Shown here one piece after another: positions 55,714 through 64,000 of a stretch of 64,000 nt of DNA. Source of the DNA: Bdellovibrionales bacterium. Lineage in GTDB: Bacteria; Bdellovibrionota; Bdellovibrionia; Bdellovibrionales; JAMPXM01. Numbering within the stretch: position 1 is the stretch's first letter; every line of letters begins with the position of its first letter. The stretch lies in NCBI GenBank assembly GCA_043739185.1, contig JAYUEN010000386.1, positions 16,764-80,763 on the forward strand, in the 5' to 3' direction. The translations under genes and the position numbers were made by a program. Under the pieces are notes generated by a model that had not been told where the DNA came from, ran no database searches, and saw only the letters and a program-made list of their open reading frames with translations.

Positions 55714-56658
55714 ATGAAAAATAAATTTTATGTTTTGATTGCCGCAATCAATATTCTTTCGTCGTGTACTCCACAAAATACTCCGAATGCTCAAGCGCTC
55801 AAATCGGGAGTTCTTCAAAATATTATTGGAGGAAAGACTGAAGCCGAAAGCCTAGCGGCAGGAGCTCAAGAGGCAAAAAGCTTCAATGCGATCGCCCAGC
55901 ATATGGCAATGATTGTTGTTCAAAAAAGAGATGCGCAAGGAAATATTGATCCTTATGGAGCAGGCGCCTCCGCCGTCATTTTAGCCCCCAATCTAATTGT
56001 CACTTCTGCGCACACCTTTGAGGGATTTAATATGTCCAAAGGACAATTTGGCAAAGTTTATTTTGGCTCCTCAGGAGAATTTCAAAACCGGCCAACTTAT
56101 ACCTTCGCCAAAGCTGACATTGTCGATCGAAATACGGATGAAATGGCTGTGCCCGGCTGGAAGCTTCAAGCAGGACACAAGGACTATGTTTTCATCTTTA
56201 TTAAATCGGGTGTGCCTCGAGGTTTTACCGGTATGAAAATGATGAATGATATGAACTTTTTTAAAAAAGACGCGCATTACAAAGCGGCTGGATTCGGAAT
56301 GTCAGGCGTGAATACCGATGACTCGCAATTGAGAGTCCTAGACACTACCATTTCAAGATGGAATATAAATCAGATAAGCGAAAAATATTCTCCACTACCA
56401 GATGGCATAGGAGTAGAAGACAAAAAATATTTTTTGGAGCTAAATGCGCATTCAAATTCTACAGTTTATAAAGAAGATTCTGGTGGCGCCGTTTATTTTG
56501 AAGGTAAAGATGAAAAAGGAGAGCCAGATCTTTTTCTTGCCGGAATCATATCTGCACATAGAGGGTTTCCAACCGGCATGGCAAATTATTCCCTGCGCGT
56601 AGATGCATTTTATCAGGATGCGATAGAGGTCGCTAAGAAAATTTATGGCGGCAATTAG
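55714..56658 (+). CDS. secreted trypsin-like serine protease (S1 family), variant motifs
   Basis: Lipobox-like signal (ILSSC), IIGG, His context VTSAHTF, Ser context EDSGGAVY. Confidence 0.8.
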   Translation: MKNKFYVLIAAINILSSCTPQNTPNAQALKSGVLQNIIGGKTEAESLAAGAQEAKSFNAIAQHMAMIVVQKRDAQGNIDPYGAGASAVILAPNLIVTSAHTFEGFNMSKGQFGKVYFGSSGEFQNRPTYTFAKADIVDRNTDEMAVPGWKLQAGHKDYVFIFIKSGVPRGFTGMKMMNDMNFFKKDAHYKAAGFGMSGVNTDDSQLRVLDTTISRWNINQISEKYSPLPDGIGVEDKKYFLELNAHSNSTVYKEDSGGAVYFEGKDEKGEPDLFLAGIISAHRGFPTGMANYSLRVDAFYQDAIEVAKKIYGGN

Positions 56659-56687
56659 TTTACTGTCTTTAGATAGCCTTTTCCAGC

Positions 56688-56744
56688 CACTCTAAAAAAA
56701 AACAACCTCAGAAGTTGTATTTTCTCAGACAGGGTATCAAAGCA
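56688..56744 (+). repeat. dispersed ~58-nt hairpin repeat, copy B (degenerate stem)
   Basis: Aligns with 6522-6580. It lies between the convergent protease and ddl genes. Confidence 0.55.
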
Positions 56745-56753
56745 TAGGCGACT

Positions 56754-57842
56754 CTAGCGCTTCAGGCTGCGCTCTTCTTTAAAGCGCTCGAAGGCCAATT
56801 CAATCAAATTGTCGATCAGTGGAGAATAGGCGAGGCCTGAATTGGCCCACATTTTTGGATACATACTGATTTTGGTAAATCCAGGGATCGTATTGATTTC
56901 GTTTACAATCAAGTGATTATCTTTGGTCATAAAAAAATCGACGCGGCCCATGCCCTCACAGCAAAAACATTTGAATACCTGCATCGCCATCTTACGAACA
57001 TTTTCAGCTTGAGCTTTGGTGAGATCCGCAGGAATTTTTAATTTCGCACCATTCTCATCTAAATATTTTGCTTCGTAAGAATAGAATTCATGCTGCGGCA
57101 AAATTTCGCCAGGCTCACTTGCGCGTACCAAATGATTGCCGAGTACAGAACATTCAATTTCGCGACCGGCGATGAATTCTTCAAATAAGATTTTGATATC
57201 GTATGCGAATGCGTCGGCAACTGCTGTTGCAAATCCCGCTTCGTCTGAAACTTTATGAACACCGACACTTGAACCCATATTTGCGGGCTTCAAAAAGAAG
57301 GGTAGCCCCAATTGCTTTTTAATTTCCTGAAAGCTCAATGACTTTTGATCATGGCGTTCAAGCGTAATGAATTTGCCAATGGGAAGACCTGCGTCTCGTA
57401 ATAAACGTTTGGCGACGTCTTTGTCCATGCCGACGGCTGAGCCCAGAACTCCGACTCCGACATAGGGGATGCCAAGCAAGCGTAAGTAACCTTGCATCGA
57501 ACCATCTTCACCGTAAGGGCCATGTAGGATCGGAAAGACACAATCGATTGGAGCAATATATTGTTTGGTATCACAATTAAGGATTTGCACTCCATCAGAA
57601 GTGGGCACAATGAAAACCCTGGCGCCGACGCGCTCAACATCAATGGGCTTGGTCACATCAGTTTTACGTAAGACCTGGGGGTCTGATATATGTCTCCAGC
57701 CGCCATTTTTGTCGATCGCAATGAGGTGAGTGGTATATTTATTTTGGTCGAGAGCATCCATGACATTTTTGCCAGACTCAAGAGAGACGGCGTGTTCGGC
57801 GGATTGGCCTCCGAAAATGAGGGCTAAATTAATTTTTTTCAC
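56754..57842 (-). CDS. ddl: D-alanine--D-alanine ligase
   Basis: LIFGGQSAEHAVSL, PILHGPYGEDGSMQG, FLKPANMGSSVGV, VNEINTIPGFT. Confidence 0.95.
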   Translation of the reverse strand: MKKINLALIFGGQSAEHAVSLESGKNVMDALDQNKYTTHLIAIDKNGGWRHISDPQVLRKTDVTKPIDVERVGARVFIVPTSDGVQILNCDTKQYIAPIDCVFPILHGPYGEDGSMQGYLRLLGIPYVGVGVLGSAVGMDKDVAKRLLRDAGLPIGKFITLERHDQKSLSFQEIKKQLGLPFFLKPANMGSSVGVHKVSDEAGFATAVADAFAYDIKILFEEFIAGREIECSVLGNHLVRASEPGEILPQHEFYSYEAKYLDENGAKLKIPADLTKAQAENVRKMAMQVFKCFCCEGMGRVDFFMTKDNHLIVNEINTIPGFTKISMYPKMWANSGLAYSPLIDNLIELAFERFKEERSLKR

Positions 57843-57856
57843 GCTAAATTTCCTCG

Positions 57857-58678
57857 TTAGGGTGTTGTAAATCTAAAGTTAGTGACGTCTGAGCAAAGAG
57901 TCACGAGAGTTTTGAGCACGCCGACGGGCACCAAGAGACTGTCGCATTGACTCATAACATTTGAAAAGAAAGGCACATCTGGGCTCAAAGAAAATTCACG
58001 ATGAATTTTATCTGGAGCTTTCGGATCATTCCACACCAACATATCAAAAGAGACTTTGGTAATGCTGATGCTACAGTTTGTGACTCCGCCACAATTGGGT
58101 TGGGATTGAACAGACTTTGGCGGCTGGGCACTTGACGCCTGCACCGTCAAATTGTGAAAGGTGACTAGTGGTGTGGGCGTAGGCGTGTCGGCTGATACAT
58201 GAATATATTTATTAAGAAACAAAATCATCGAATTGACGAAGGGATCATTGCGATCTTGCGAGAAAACATCAGGCACCCAGCGACTTGTTAAAATAGATGC
58301 CGTGGTGGGAGCTGTCGCCTTTTGAGCAATGCGAGTAAGCTCACGGGCAATGACTTTATTGTCTGAATAGCTAACGGTTTTTTCTAAAATAGTAAAAACC
58401 ACCTGAGTTGCCTGATCATCGCGTCCGACAACACTCGTTCCTACCTCTCCGGTCGACTGATAAGCTTGCCCGGAAATAATTTGGCTTTGAATGACATCAG
58501 TAAATTGTCCGAGTTGAATTTTGAGTGGATCGACTTTGGCAAGCGGCGCATTGAGAGCATTGTCGACCGCAGTTTGCGAAACCGCCGGACCATAGTTAAC
58601 CGGCGTGCCTTCGTCTCCCTGACAGGCCATCATTGAAAAGCAAAATGAAAAACTAAGTAAAGTAAAGATGAGTTTCAT
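57857..58678 (-). CDS. lipoprotein, hypothetical
   Basis: Signal plus lipobox (FSMMAC). 4-nt overlap with the GNAT gene upstream and 14 nt before ddl. Confidence 0.6.
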   Translation of the reverse strand: MKLIFTLLSFSFCFSMMACQGDEGTPVNYGPAVSQTAVDNALNAPLAKVDPLKIQLGQFTDVIQSQIISGQAYQSTGEVGTSVVGRDDQATQVVFTILEKTVSYSDNKVIARELTRIAQKATAPTTASILTSRWVPDVFSQDRNDPFVNSMILFLNKYIHVSADTPTPTPLVTFHNLTVQASSAQPPKSVQSQPNCGGVTNCSISITKVSFDMLVWNDPKAPDKIHREFSLSPDVPFFSNVMSQCDSLLVPVGVLKTLVTLCSDVTNFRFTTP

Positions 58679-59772
58679 ATGCTATCCCAACCCCAAATCC
58701 ACATATCGAGTGGTAGGATTTTATCTAAGCGTTCGGCTACATCCGCTTCGAAGTTATGTATTTGACTCGGTTTTTGCGGCCCAAAAAGTAGGCGAGTGAT
58801 ATCAGATAATAGATCGGTACTAAAAATTTGATTTTCAAAGCCAAAAATAAAACGCTCATCTTTTTTCTCTAAAATTAAATCTGAAATGCCTTGCATGCGA
58901 GCATGACGTTTTACTTTGGTAAAAAGGCTGGTCGTATTAATTGGTTTTATCATTCCCAAAAAGCCGTCATTGGTTTGCAGGCCCAGTTCCTTAAACTTGC
59001 GTAATAGATTTTGCGAATGCCGTGGCGCCATGATTGTTACCGGAGCATTTTGTGTTTGATAAATATAATTGAAAAGTGGCAGGAGCGCTGTAACCCCGCC
59101 GCCCCACTCGTGCACATGGGCTTTTAAGTCAGCGCCCTTGCCTTCAACGGCGTAAGCTTTCAAATTATTTTTTGCATCCCAAGCGGTATAGACTCTGGTA
59201 TTCGGAATTTGCAAATACTTGCTGGTATCGCTCAAGGTGCGAAGTGAATTGACGGTATGGTAGCCGTATAGTTTGTGAATCGCATCCGGAGAAACTTTGG
59301 TCGTATCCATAAAACGCAGGCCACTCGTTTCGATATTCAGATTTTGATTCCACAGAGTACTGGTTTCTGCGCCGGCCATTTCAAAGCCGAGTTTACGGTA
59401 AAAATCATGTAGATGGGTCCAAAGGATAGCAAATTCACAACCACTGAGTTGAGCGGACTCTAGACAACTTTCTAAAATTTTAGTGCTAAGCCCCTGGTTG
59501 CGATGGTCGGTAGATGTTACCACGCTGCCAATGGCTGCAACCTTAAACAGGCCCGCACCGGTTTTGACATAAATGGGTCGCATAACAGCGTGAGAAAGCA
59601 CTTGGCTTTCCTCTATGATAATTCGAATATTGCTTAAATTTTGCGGGCTAAAGGCAAGCGGATATTCATTGGTGATCGACCACGGCAAATTGGGTCTCAG
59701 TTCTGAATCCAAAAAGCTGATGAGTTGGCCGAATTCTTTTTCATCTGGGCAGCGCGGACCTTCCATAGTCAC
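58675..59772 (-). CDS. GNAT-family N-acetyltransferase (Eis-like length)
   Basis: Acetyl-CoA binding segment IGSVVTSTDHRNQGLSTKILESCL and FYRKLGFE. An extra C-terminal region of about 200 aa follows. Confidence 0.75.
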   Translation of the reverse strand: MTMEGPRCPDEKEFGQLISFLDSELRPNLPWSITNEYPLAFSPQNLSNIRIIIEESQVLSHAVMRPIYVKTGAGLFKVAAIGSVVTSTDHRNQGLSTKILESCLESAQLSGCEFAILWTHLHDFYRKLGFEMAGAETSTLWNQNLNIETSGLRFMDTTKVSPDAIHKLYGYHTVNSLRTLSDTSKYLQIPNTRVYTAWDAKNNLKAYAVEGKGADLKAHVHEWGGGVTALLPLFNYIYQTQNAPVTIMAPRHSQNLLRKFKELGLQTNDGFLGMIKPINTTSLFTKVKRHARMQGISDLILEKKDERFIFGFENQIFSTDLLSDITRLLFGPQKPSQIHNFEADVAERLDKILPLDMWIWGWDSI

Positions 59773-59903
59773 CCTTCCTGGGACGCATAAACCTAAATTA
59801 GTGCGCCCCTATCAAGCTATTATCTTAGCATTTTGCTAGAGGAGAAGTGATAAATTTAAATAGAAATTGTGTTTCTCTCGCTAAAAGTCTAAAACCCAAT
59901 CAA

Positions 59904-60584
59904 ATGAAAAAGTTGAAATCAATTAAGCGACCAAAGTCGCAAGAATCTAAGCGCTTTCTAGCTGAACAGATAATAAAGCTTTTAAAAAAGTATTATCCAG
60001 TAACTCAATGTGCTCTTCATCATAAAAGTGTTTTTGAGCTTTTGGTTGCAACCATTTTATCTGCACAATGCACCGATGAACGAGTGAATTCAGTAACACC
60101 GGCCCTGTTTAAAAAATTTCCTGGACCAAAGGCCTTCGCACTTGCTCCTGTTGAAGAAATTGAAGAGGCCATTCGCTCGACTGGTTTTTACAAAAATAAA
60201 GCCAAAAATATAAAGGCCTGCGCCCAAAGTCTAGTTGAGAAATATCATGGCGAAGTTCCAAAGAGTTTAGAGGAACTCACTGAACTTTCAGGGGTTGGAA
60301 GAAAAACGGCAAATGTTGTTTTGGGAGTTGGCTTTAAAATTCCTTCTGGAATTGTAGTTGATACCCACGTCACTCGACTCAGCAATCGTTTTGGCTTGGT
60401 AAAGTCTGAAAATGCCGTTGTGATTGAGCGTGAATTAGGTCCTCTTATCGATCGTTCCGAATGGATTGAATATTCGCATCGGTTGATCGATCACGGCCGA
60501 AAGATTTGCAAAGCCAGAAGTCCACGTTGTGAAATTTGTTTTTTAGCAGACATTTGTCCAAGTTCAACGATGGGCCTTGCTTGA
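59904..60584 (+). CDS. nth: endonuclease III
   Basis: ILSAQCTDERVN, HhH-GPD segment LTELSGVGRKTANVVL, and the C-terminal 4Fe-4S Cys cluster CKARSPRCEICFLADIC. Confidence 0.9.
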   Translation: MKKLKSIKRPKSQESKRFLAEQIIKLLKKYYPVTQCALHHKSVFELLVATILSAQCTDERVNSVTPALFKKFPGPKAFALAPVEEIEEAIRSTGFYKNKAKNIKACAQSLVEKYHGEVPKSLEELTELSGVGRKTANVVLGVGFKIPSGIVVDTHVTRLSNRFGLVKSENAVVIERELGPLIDRSEWIEYSHRLIDHGRKICKARSPRCEICFLADICPSSTMGLA

Positions 60585-60615
60585 CACTCGAGCCGCCGCG
60601 CTTGAAACTGTCAAC

Positions 60616-61101
60616 ATGATCGTAGCATTTTTTGAAAGCTATAAATACGTTGGTCATTTGTATCCACTTGCGTTCTTGCGCATATTTATGGGCTATTACT
60701 ATTTTAATCATGCTTTTCAAAGCCTCAAAAATGAATTCTTGTCTCATGCAATTTTGGCGGAACAAATTCGCGCACACCTCCCTACCAGCGTCGCTCCTGA
60801 ATGGTATAAATATTTTCTTGAGACAGCAGTCGTGCCGAATTGGCAATTTTTTGCGAGCTTCATTGTTATTTCTCAGTTTGTCGTAGGCGTTTCACTGATC
60901 GTTGGTTATTTCGTTCGTCCGGCAACTTTGCTCGCGATGTTTTTAGCATTCAATCTCATGTGGGCGATTGGGCCAAGTGCTGGCGAAATTCAAGATCATC
61001 TTATTTTCGTTGTGATTTTTACTTTGGGTTGGTTTGGCGCTGGTCGTTGTTTAGGTATGGATTATTATTTTTACCGTAAGAGACGTGGCCTCTGGTGGTG
61101 A
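60616..61101 (+). CDS. DoxX-family membrane protein
   Basis: Four TM segments ending in GWFGAGRCLGMD, the DoxX-type GAGR.S.D end. Confidence 0.6.
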   Translation: MIVAFFESYKYVGHLYPLAFLRIFMGYYYFNHAFQSLKNEFLSHAILAEQIRAHLPTSVAPEWYKYFLETAVVPNWQFFASFIVISQFVVGVSLIVGYFVRPATLLAMFLAFNLMWAIGPSAGEIQDHLIFVVIFTLGWFGAGRCLGMDYYFYRKRRGLWW

Positions 61102-61108
61102 GCCACAA

Positions 61109-62080
61109 GTGCGAATTATAATCCTTTCCGCTCTTCCGATTCTGATTATTTTTACTGTGCTTTTTTTTGCCCTCAAAAAGCGCCCTGAAGTTTCACGTGC
61201 TGCAACCAAAAATCTCAAAGTCTTAACCTATGCTGCTTTTTTAAATGCCTGGGGCCCTGGCCCAATAATTGCCAAAAAATTTCAAGAACAAAGCGGAATT
61301 CAAATTGAATTCATTGATGCTGGTGACGCCGGTCTGCTTCTTAAAAAATTAGCACTCTTTAAGGCCGATGTTGTATTGGGACTTGATCAATTCGGAATTG
61401 CTCAACGTGACCCAAATATAAAATGGCAGTCTCGCTTTCAAGCAATTGATTGGTCGCCGATGACGTTCATTTATCGAAAGGGTGAAATCGACCCGCCAAA
61501 AAATCTAGATGATTTATTAGATGCACGCTTTGAAAATAAAATTTCTTTGTCGGATCCTCGAACCAGTACGCCCGGGTTACAATTTTTACTTTGGATTCTC
61601 CGCGAAAAAGGCCGCGATCAAGGATTTAAGTTTCTTAAAAAATTAAAAAAAAATATAGCATTTGTCGGTCCTTCTTGGTCCTCCTCATATGGGCATTTCA
61701 AGAAAAAGCAAAGTCAATTGGTCTTTTCTTATTTCACTTCTCCTGTTTACCATTGGACTGAAGAGAATAATTTTAGTTATCAAGCAGCCGTGCTCAAAGA
61801 GAAAATGCCGATTCAAGTTGAGTTTGCAGTGATTTCGGCCGGGGCCGAAAACCTCGAAAACGCCAAGGGTTTTATGAGTTTTCTTATGGAGGAGGAGACC
61901 CAGAAAGCAATCATGAAGAAAAACTTCATGTTGCCGATTAAAAAAGAGTCTGCGAGACAGAGTCCCTTCGAGCGCCTGAGTCTTTCTTATGTAAGTGAAT
62001 CTGAAATGCAGGGCGAAAAGAATCCAACCGAAGCTGAGCTCAGTCAACTTTTTGCCGAATGGCAAGCGATAGGAATCTGA
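61109..62080 (+). CDS. thiB: thiamine ABC transporter substrate-binding protein
   Basis: LKVLTYAAFLNAWGPGP...FEQ..G.....ID.GD...LL.KL......ADVVLGLD closely parallels E. coli ThiB/TbpA. The GTG start at 61109 lies just after the DoxX stop. Confidence 0.8.
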   Translation: MRIIILSALPILIIFTVLFFALKKRPEVSRAATKNLKVLTYAAFLNAWGPGPIIAKKFQEQSGIQIEFIDAGDAGLLLKKLALFKADVVLGLDQFGIAQRDPNIKWQSRFQAIDWSPMTFIYRKGEIDPPKNLDDLLDARFENKISLSDPRTSTPGLQFLLWILREKGRDQGFKFLKKLKKNIAFVGPSWSSSYGHFKKKQSQLVFSYFTSPVYHWTEENNFSYQAAVLKEKMPIQVEFAVISAGAENLENAKGFMSFLMEEETQKAIMKKNFMLPIKKESARQSPFERLSLSYVSESEMQGEKNPTEAELSQLFAEWQAIGI

Positions 62081-62083
62081 GAA

Positions 62084-63436
62084 ATGCCCATTCTAGAACA
62101 ATATGTGCAAGTCTTTGCTTTTACGGTCGCGCAAGCATTTACAAGCGCTTTTACTTCAATGTTTTTTGGTATATTGGGAGCGATGGGCCTCTGGTCCCTC
62201 GCAAAAAATAAAAATGCCCTACGAATATTGACTGCCTTTGCAATCTTACCAAATACTTTGCCGATTATTTTTGTGATATTTTCGTTTATTAAATATCTGC
62301 CTATGGCGCGCGGCTTTTGGGGAATTGTTGCGATACATTGTTTTCTCAATGCCGGTCTGGTAGCTATTGCAGTTTTTCAAGTATTTCAATCTAAGATGGG
62401 AGCACTTGCTGATGTGGCTTGGATCGCATCTTGCTCTCAAGTCCGTTTTTTAAAAAGTGTAGTTCTGCCTTATTTGAAAAATGATTTAACGCGAATTTTC
62501 TTTTTCGTCTTTGCGCTTTCATTTACTAGTTTTGCAGTACCCTTAATGATTGGCGGAAGCCGAGGCACCACGCTTGAAGTCTTGATATATGAAAAGATTC
62601 GAATCTCTGCCGATTGGAGCCAAGCTTGCGTGATGGCGCTAATGCAATTGATTTTCATTTTAGGGATTTCTTTTTTTGTGAAAAGACAAGTTGCGACTCA
62701 AGCCAACTATGTTTCGAAAAGTCCGTTGTTGAGTGTAGATTTTGGCATTTTCGTACTCGTACTGCCGACTATTTTTATAGGTTTTTGCTTAATGCAAAGC
62801 TTTTTTAGTCAATTTGAAAAATGGCAAATGCCCAATCTGAGTTTAGTTTTCGGCTCGCTCTTTATTGCAATCGGCTCAGGGCTTTTCAATTTATTCCTCT
62901 TGTTTGTCAGTGCCAGATATCGACCAAATCCAAAATGGCGAAGTTTTTTGCTAGGTTTGGTTTCGCCGAGTGCGGTTATTATAGGATTTTCATTAATCTG
63001 GCTTTTTCCCGGAGTCGGATGGGCCAGCTATATCAAGCTTATTTTTGGACTGACACTTATGCACTTTCCGATTTTGTATCGTATGTCCTGGGATGCTCAG
63101 GTTTTTGCTCTCTATCAACAAATTGAAACCGCTCAGACGCTAAGTGCCTCTCCTCGACAGATTTTTTCACGGGTTATCGTACCTCAAGTTCTAAAGTATG
63201 CTTATAATTTGTCTGGGCTTGCCGCACTCTGGTCGTTTTCGGATTTTACTTTGGCAAGTGTAGTGGCTGAGCGCGATCTGACACTTGCGCAACTTTTTTC
63301 GCATTTGACTGAATCTTACCGCTTTGAACAGGCAGAGGCGCTCATTTTGCCCATGATGGTCGGGGCGATCTTTTGCTATCTCATTTTTTCGGGAGTTGGA
63401 AATGTCGCAAGTCGAATCCTTATGCGCACAGTTTGA
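62084..63436 (+). CDS. thiP: thiamine ABC transporter permease
   Basis: 450-aa duplicated permease (two MetI-like halves) between thiB and the ATPase gene. Confidence 0.75.
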   Translation: MPILEQYVQVFAFTVAQAFTSAFTSMFFGILGAMGLWSLAKNKNALRILTAFAILPNTLPIIFVIFSFIKYLPMARGFWGIVAIHCFLNAGLVAIAVFQVFQSKMGALADVAWIASCSQVRFLKSVVLPYLKNDLTRIFFFVFALSFTSFAVPLMIGGSRGTTLEVLIYEKIRISADWSQACVMALMQLIFILGISFFVKRQVATQANYVSKSPLLSVDFGIFVLVLPTIFIGFCLMQSFFSQFEKWQMPNLSLVFGSLFIAIGSGLFNLFLLFVSARYRPNPKWRSFLLGLVSPSAVIIGFSLIWLFPGVGWASYIKLIFGLTLMHFPILYRMSWDAQVFALYQQIETAQTLSASPRQIFSRVIVPQVLKYAYNLSGLAALWSFSDFTLASVVAERDLTLAQLFSHLTESYRFEQAEALILPMMVGAIFCYLIFSGVGNVASRILMRTV

Positions 63437-64000
63437 CGATTTTAAAATTGATATTCCCAGCTGGGAAATTCTTGAAGAAGGAGTTACTGCGCTATGGGGG
63501 CCCTCAGGCGCGGGCAAGACTTCGGTACTGCGCCTGCTCATCGGTCTCGATCAGCCGCAGTCATTGAAGTGGTTTTTTGATAAAGAAGATATTGCAATGC
63601 TACCGACGCCGAAGCGTCGATTAGGAGTTGTTTTTCAAAGCTATGAATTATTTCCCCACATGACGGCACTCGATAATATTTTATTTGCAGCGGAATCACG
63701 GCAGATTTCAAAAGAGCGCACTCAAACTTCACTCGATGAATTTGTTCAAATCCTAAAACTTGATTCTTGCTTGAAGCGAAGGGCAGGCTATCTATCTGGA
63801 GGCGAAAAGCAAAGAGTGGCTTTGGCTCGTGCTCTAATTGGTGAACCAAGATTGCTTATGCTAGATGAAGCTTTTTCAGCCTTAGATGAAGCCTTGCGTG
63901 CGGAGGCCCGGGAGTTAGTAAAGAAGGTCATTCAAATCCGCAAAATTCCTACCATTCTCATTACCCACGATCCACAAGACATTAAAGCACTAGCGAATAA
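63402..64000 (+). CDS. thiQ: ABC transporter ATP-binding protein (thiamine importer), truncated by window end
   Basis: The ATG at 63402 gives MSQVESLC...WGPSGAGKTS (Walker A), LSGGEKQRVALARA, LLMLDEAFSALD. It is not in the ORF track because no stop codon falls within the window. Confidence 0.8.
   Translation, partial: MSQVESLCAQFDDFKIDIPSWEILEEGVTALWGPSGAGKTSVLRLLIGLDQPQSLKWFFDKEDIAMLPTPKRRLGVVFQSYELFPHMTALDNILFAAESRQISKERTQTSLDEFVQILKLDSCLKRRAGYLSGGEKQRVALARALIGEPRLLMLDEAFSALDEALRAEARELVKKVIQIRKIPTILITHDPQDIKALAN

Noticed and set aside
1-64000. Search by eye for CRISPR arrays, tRNA/rRNA/tmRNA genes, integrases, phage modules, restriction-modification, toxin-antitoxin pairs, retrons or other known defence architectures.
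   Set aside because: None were found. Apart from the RAYT cassette, all long ORFs are housekeeping or envelope proteins, and intergenic space is too small to hide arrays. Covariance-model scans (tRNAscan, Rfam) would be needed to be certain about small RNAs.

Overview
This is a dense chromosomal-core window with about 60 protein genes on both strands. Many genes overlap or are separated by 0-20 nt. The host is a flagellated Gram-negative bacterium. Gene content (secreted S1 proteases, flbD-motAB, AmpG, Tol system, menaquinone genes) and a moderately AT-rich sequence (judged by eye, not computed) would fit a Bdellovibrio-like or Bacteriovoracaceae-type organism, but that is inference only.

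Recognisable blocks, in order:
- acyl-CoA carboxylase beta subunit
- two secreted proteins and a TPMT-like methyltransferase fusion
- S1 protease
- RNase P RNA (minus strand, about 5670-6066, absent from the ORF track)
- dus, typA, mtgA
- BMP-family ABC importer (4 genes)
- SDR and PAP2
- flbD-motA-motB
- cyclophilin, glnE
- tolQ-tolR-tolA-tolB
- GDPD-like protein
- Rrf2 regulator with sufBCDS-nfu
- lipoprotein HExxH metalloprotease operon
- ftsE-ftsX-envC-ctpA
- crotonase
- pseudo-receiver-PilZ operon facing a FliG_C-like gene
- def, ampG, menH-menD, DAHP synthase, ubiE
- RAYT (IS200-like Y1 transposase) cassette
- ung, hpf
- two paralogous Gly/Ala/Asn/Cys-rich secreted proteins
- second S1 protease
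- GNAT-lipoprotein-ddl
- nth, DoxX, thiBPQ (thiQ runs off the window)

I found no tRNA, rRNA, CRISPR array, prophage, integrase or recognisable defence or toxin system.

The items most worth a second look are:
- the RAYT cassette, whose 27-nt repeat is also coding sequence of ung
- a near-consensus sigma-28 promoter driving a secreted-protein/PilZ operon next to a FliG-like paralogue
- the paralogous low-complexity secreted protein pair
- a dispersed roughly 58-nt hairpin repeat
- a collapsed O-methyltransferase relic
- a 1-nt frame break at the 5' end of dus

Nothing here can be claimed as a new system from sequence alone.
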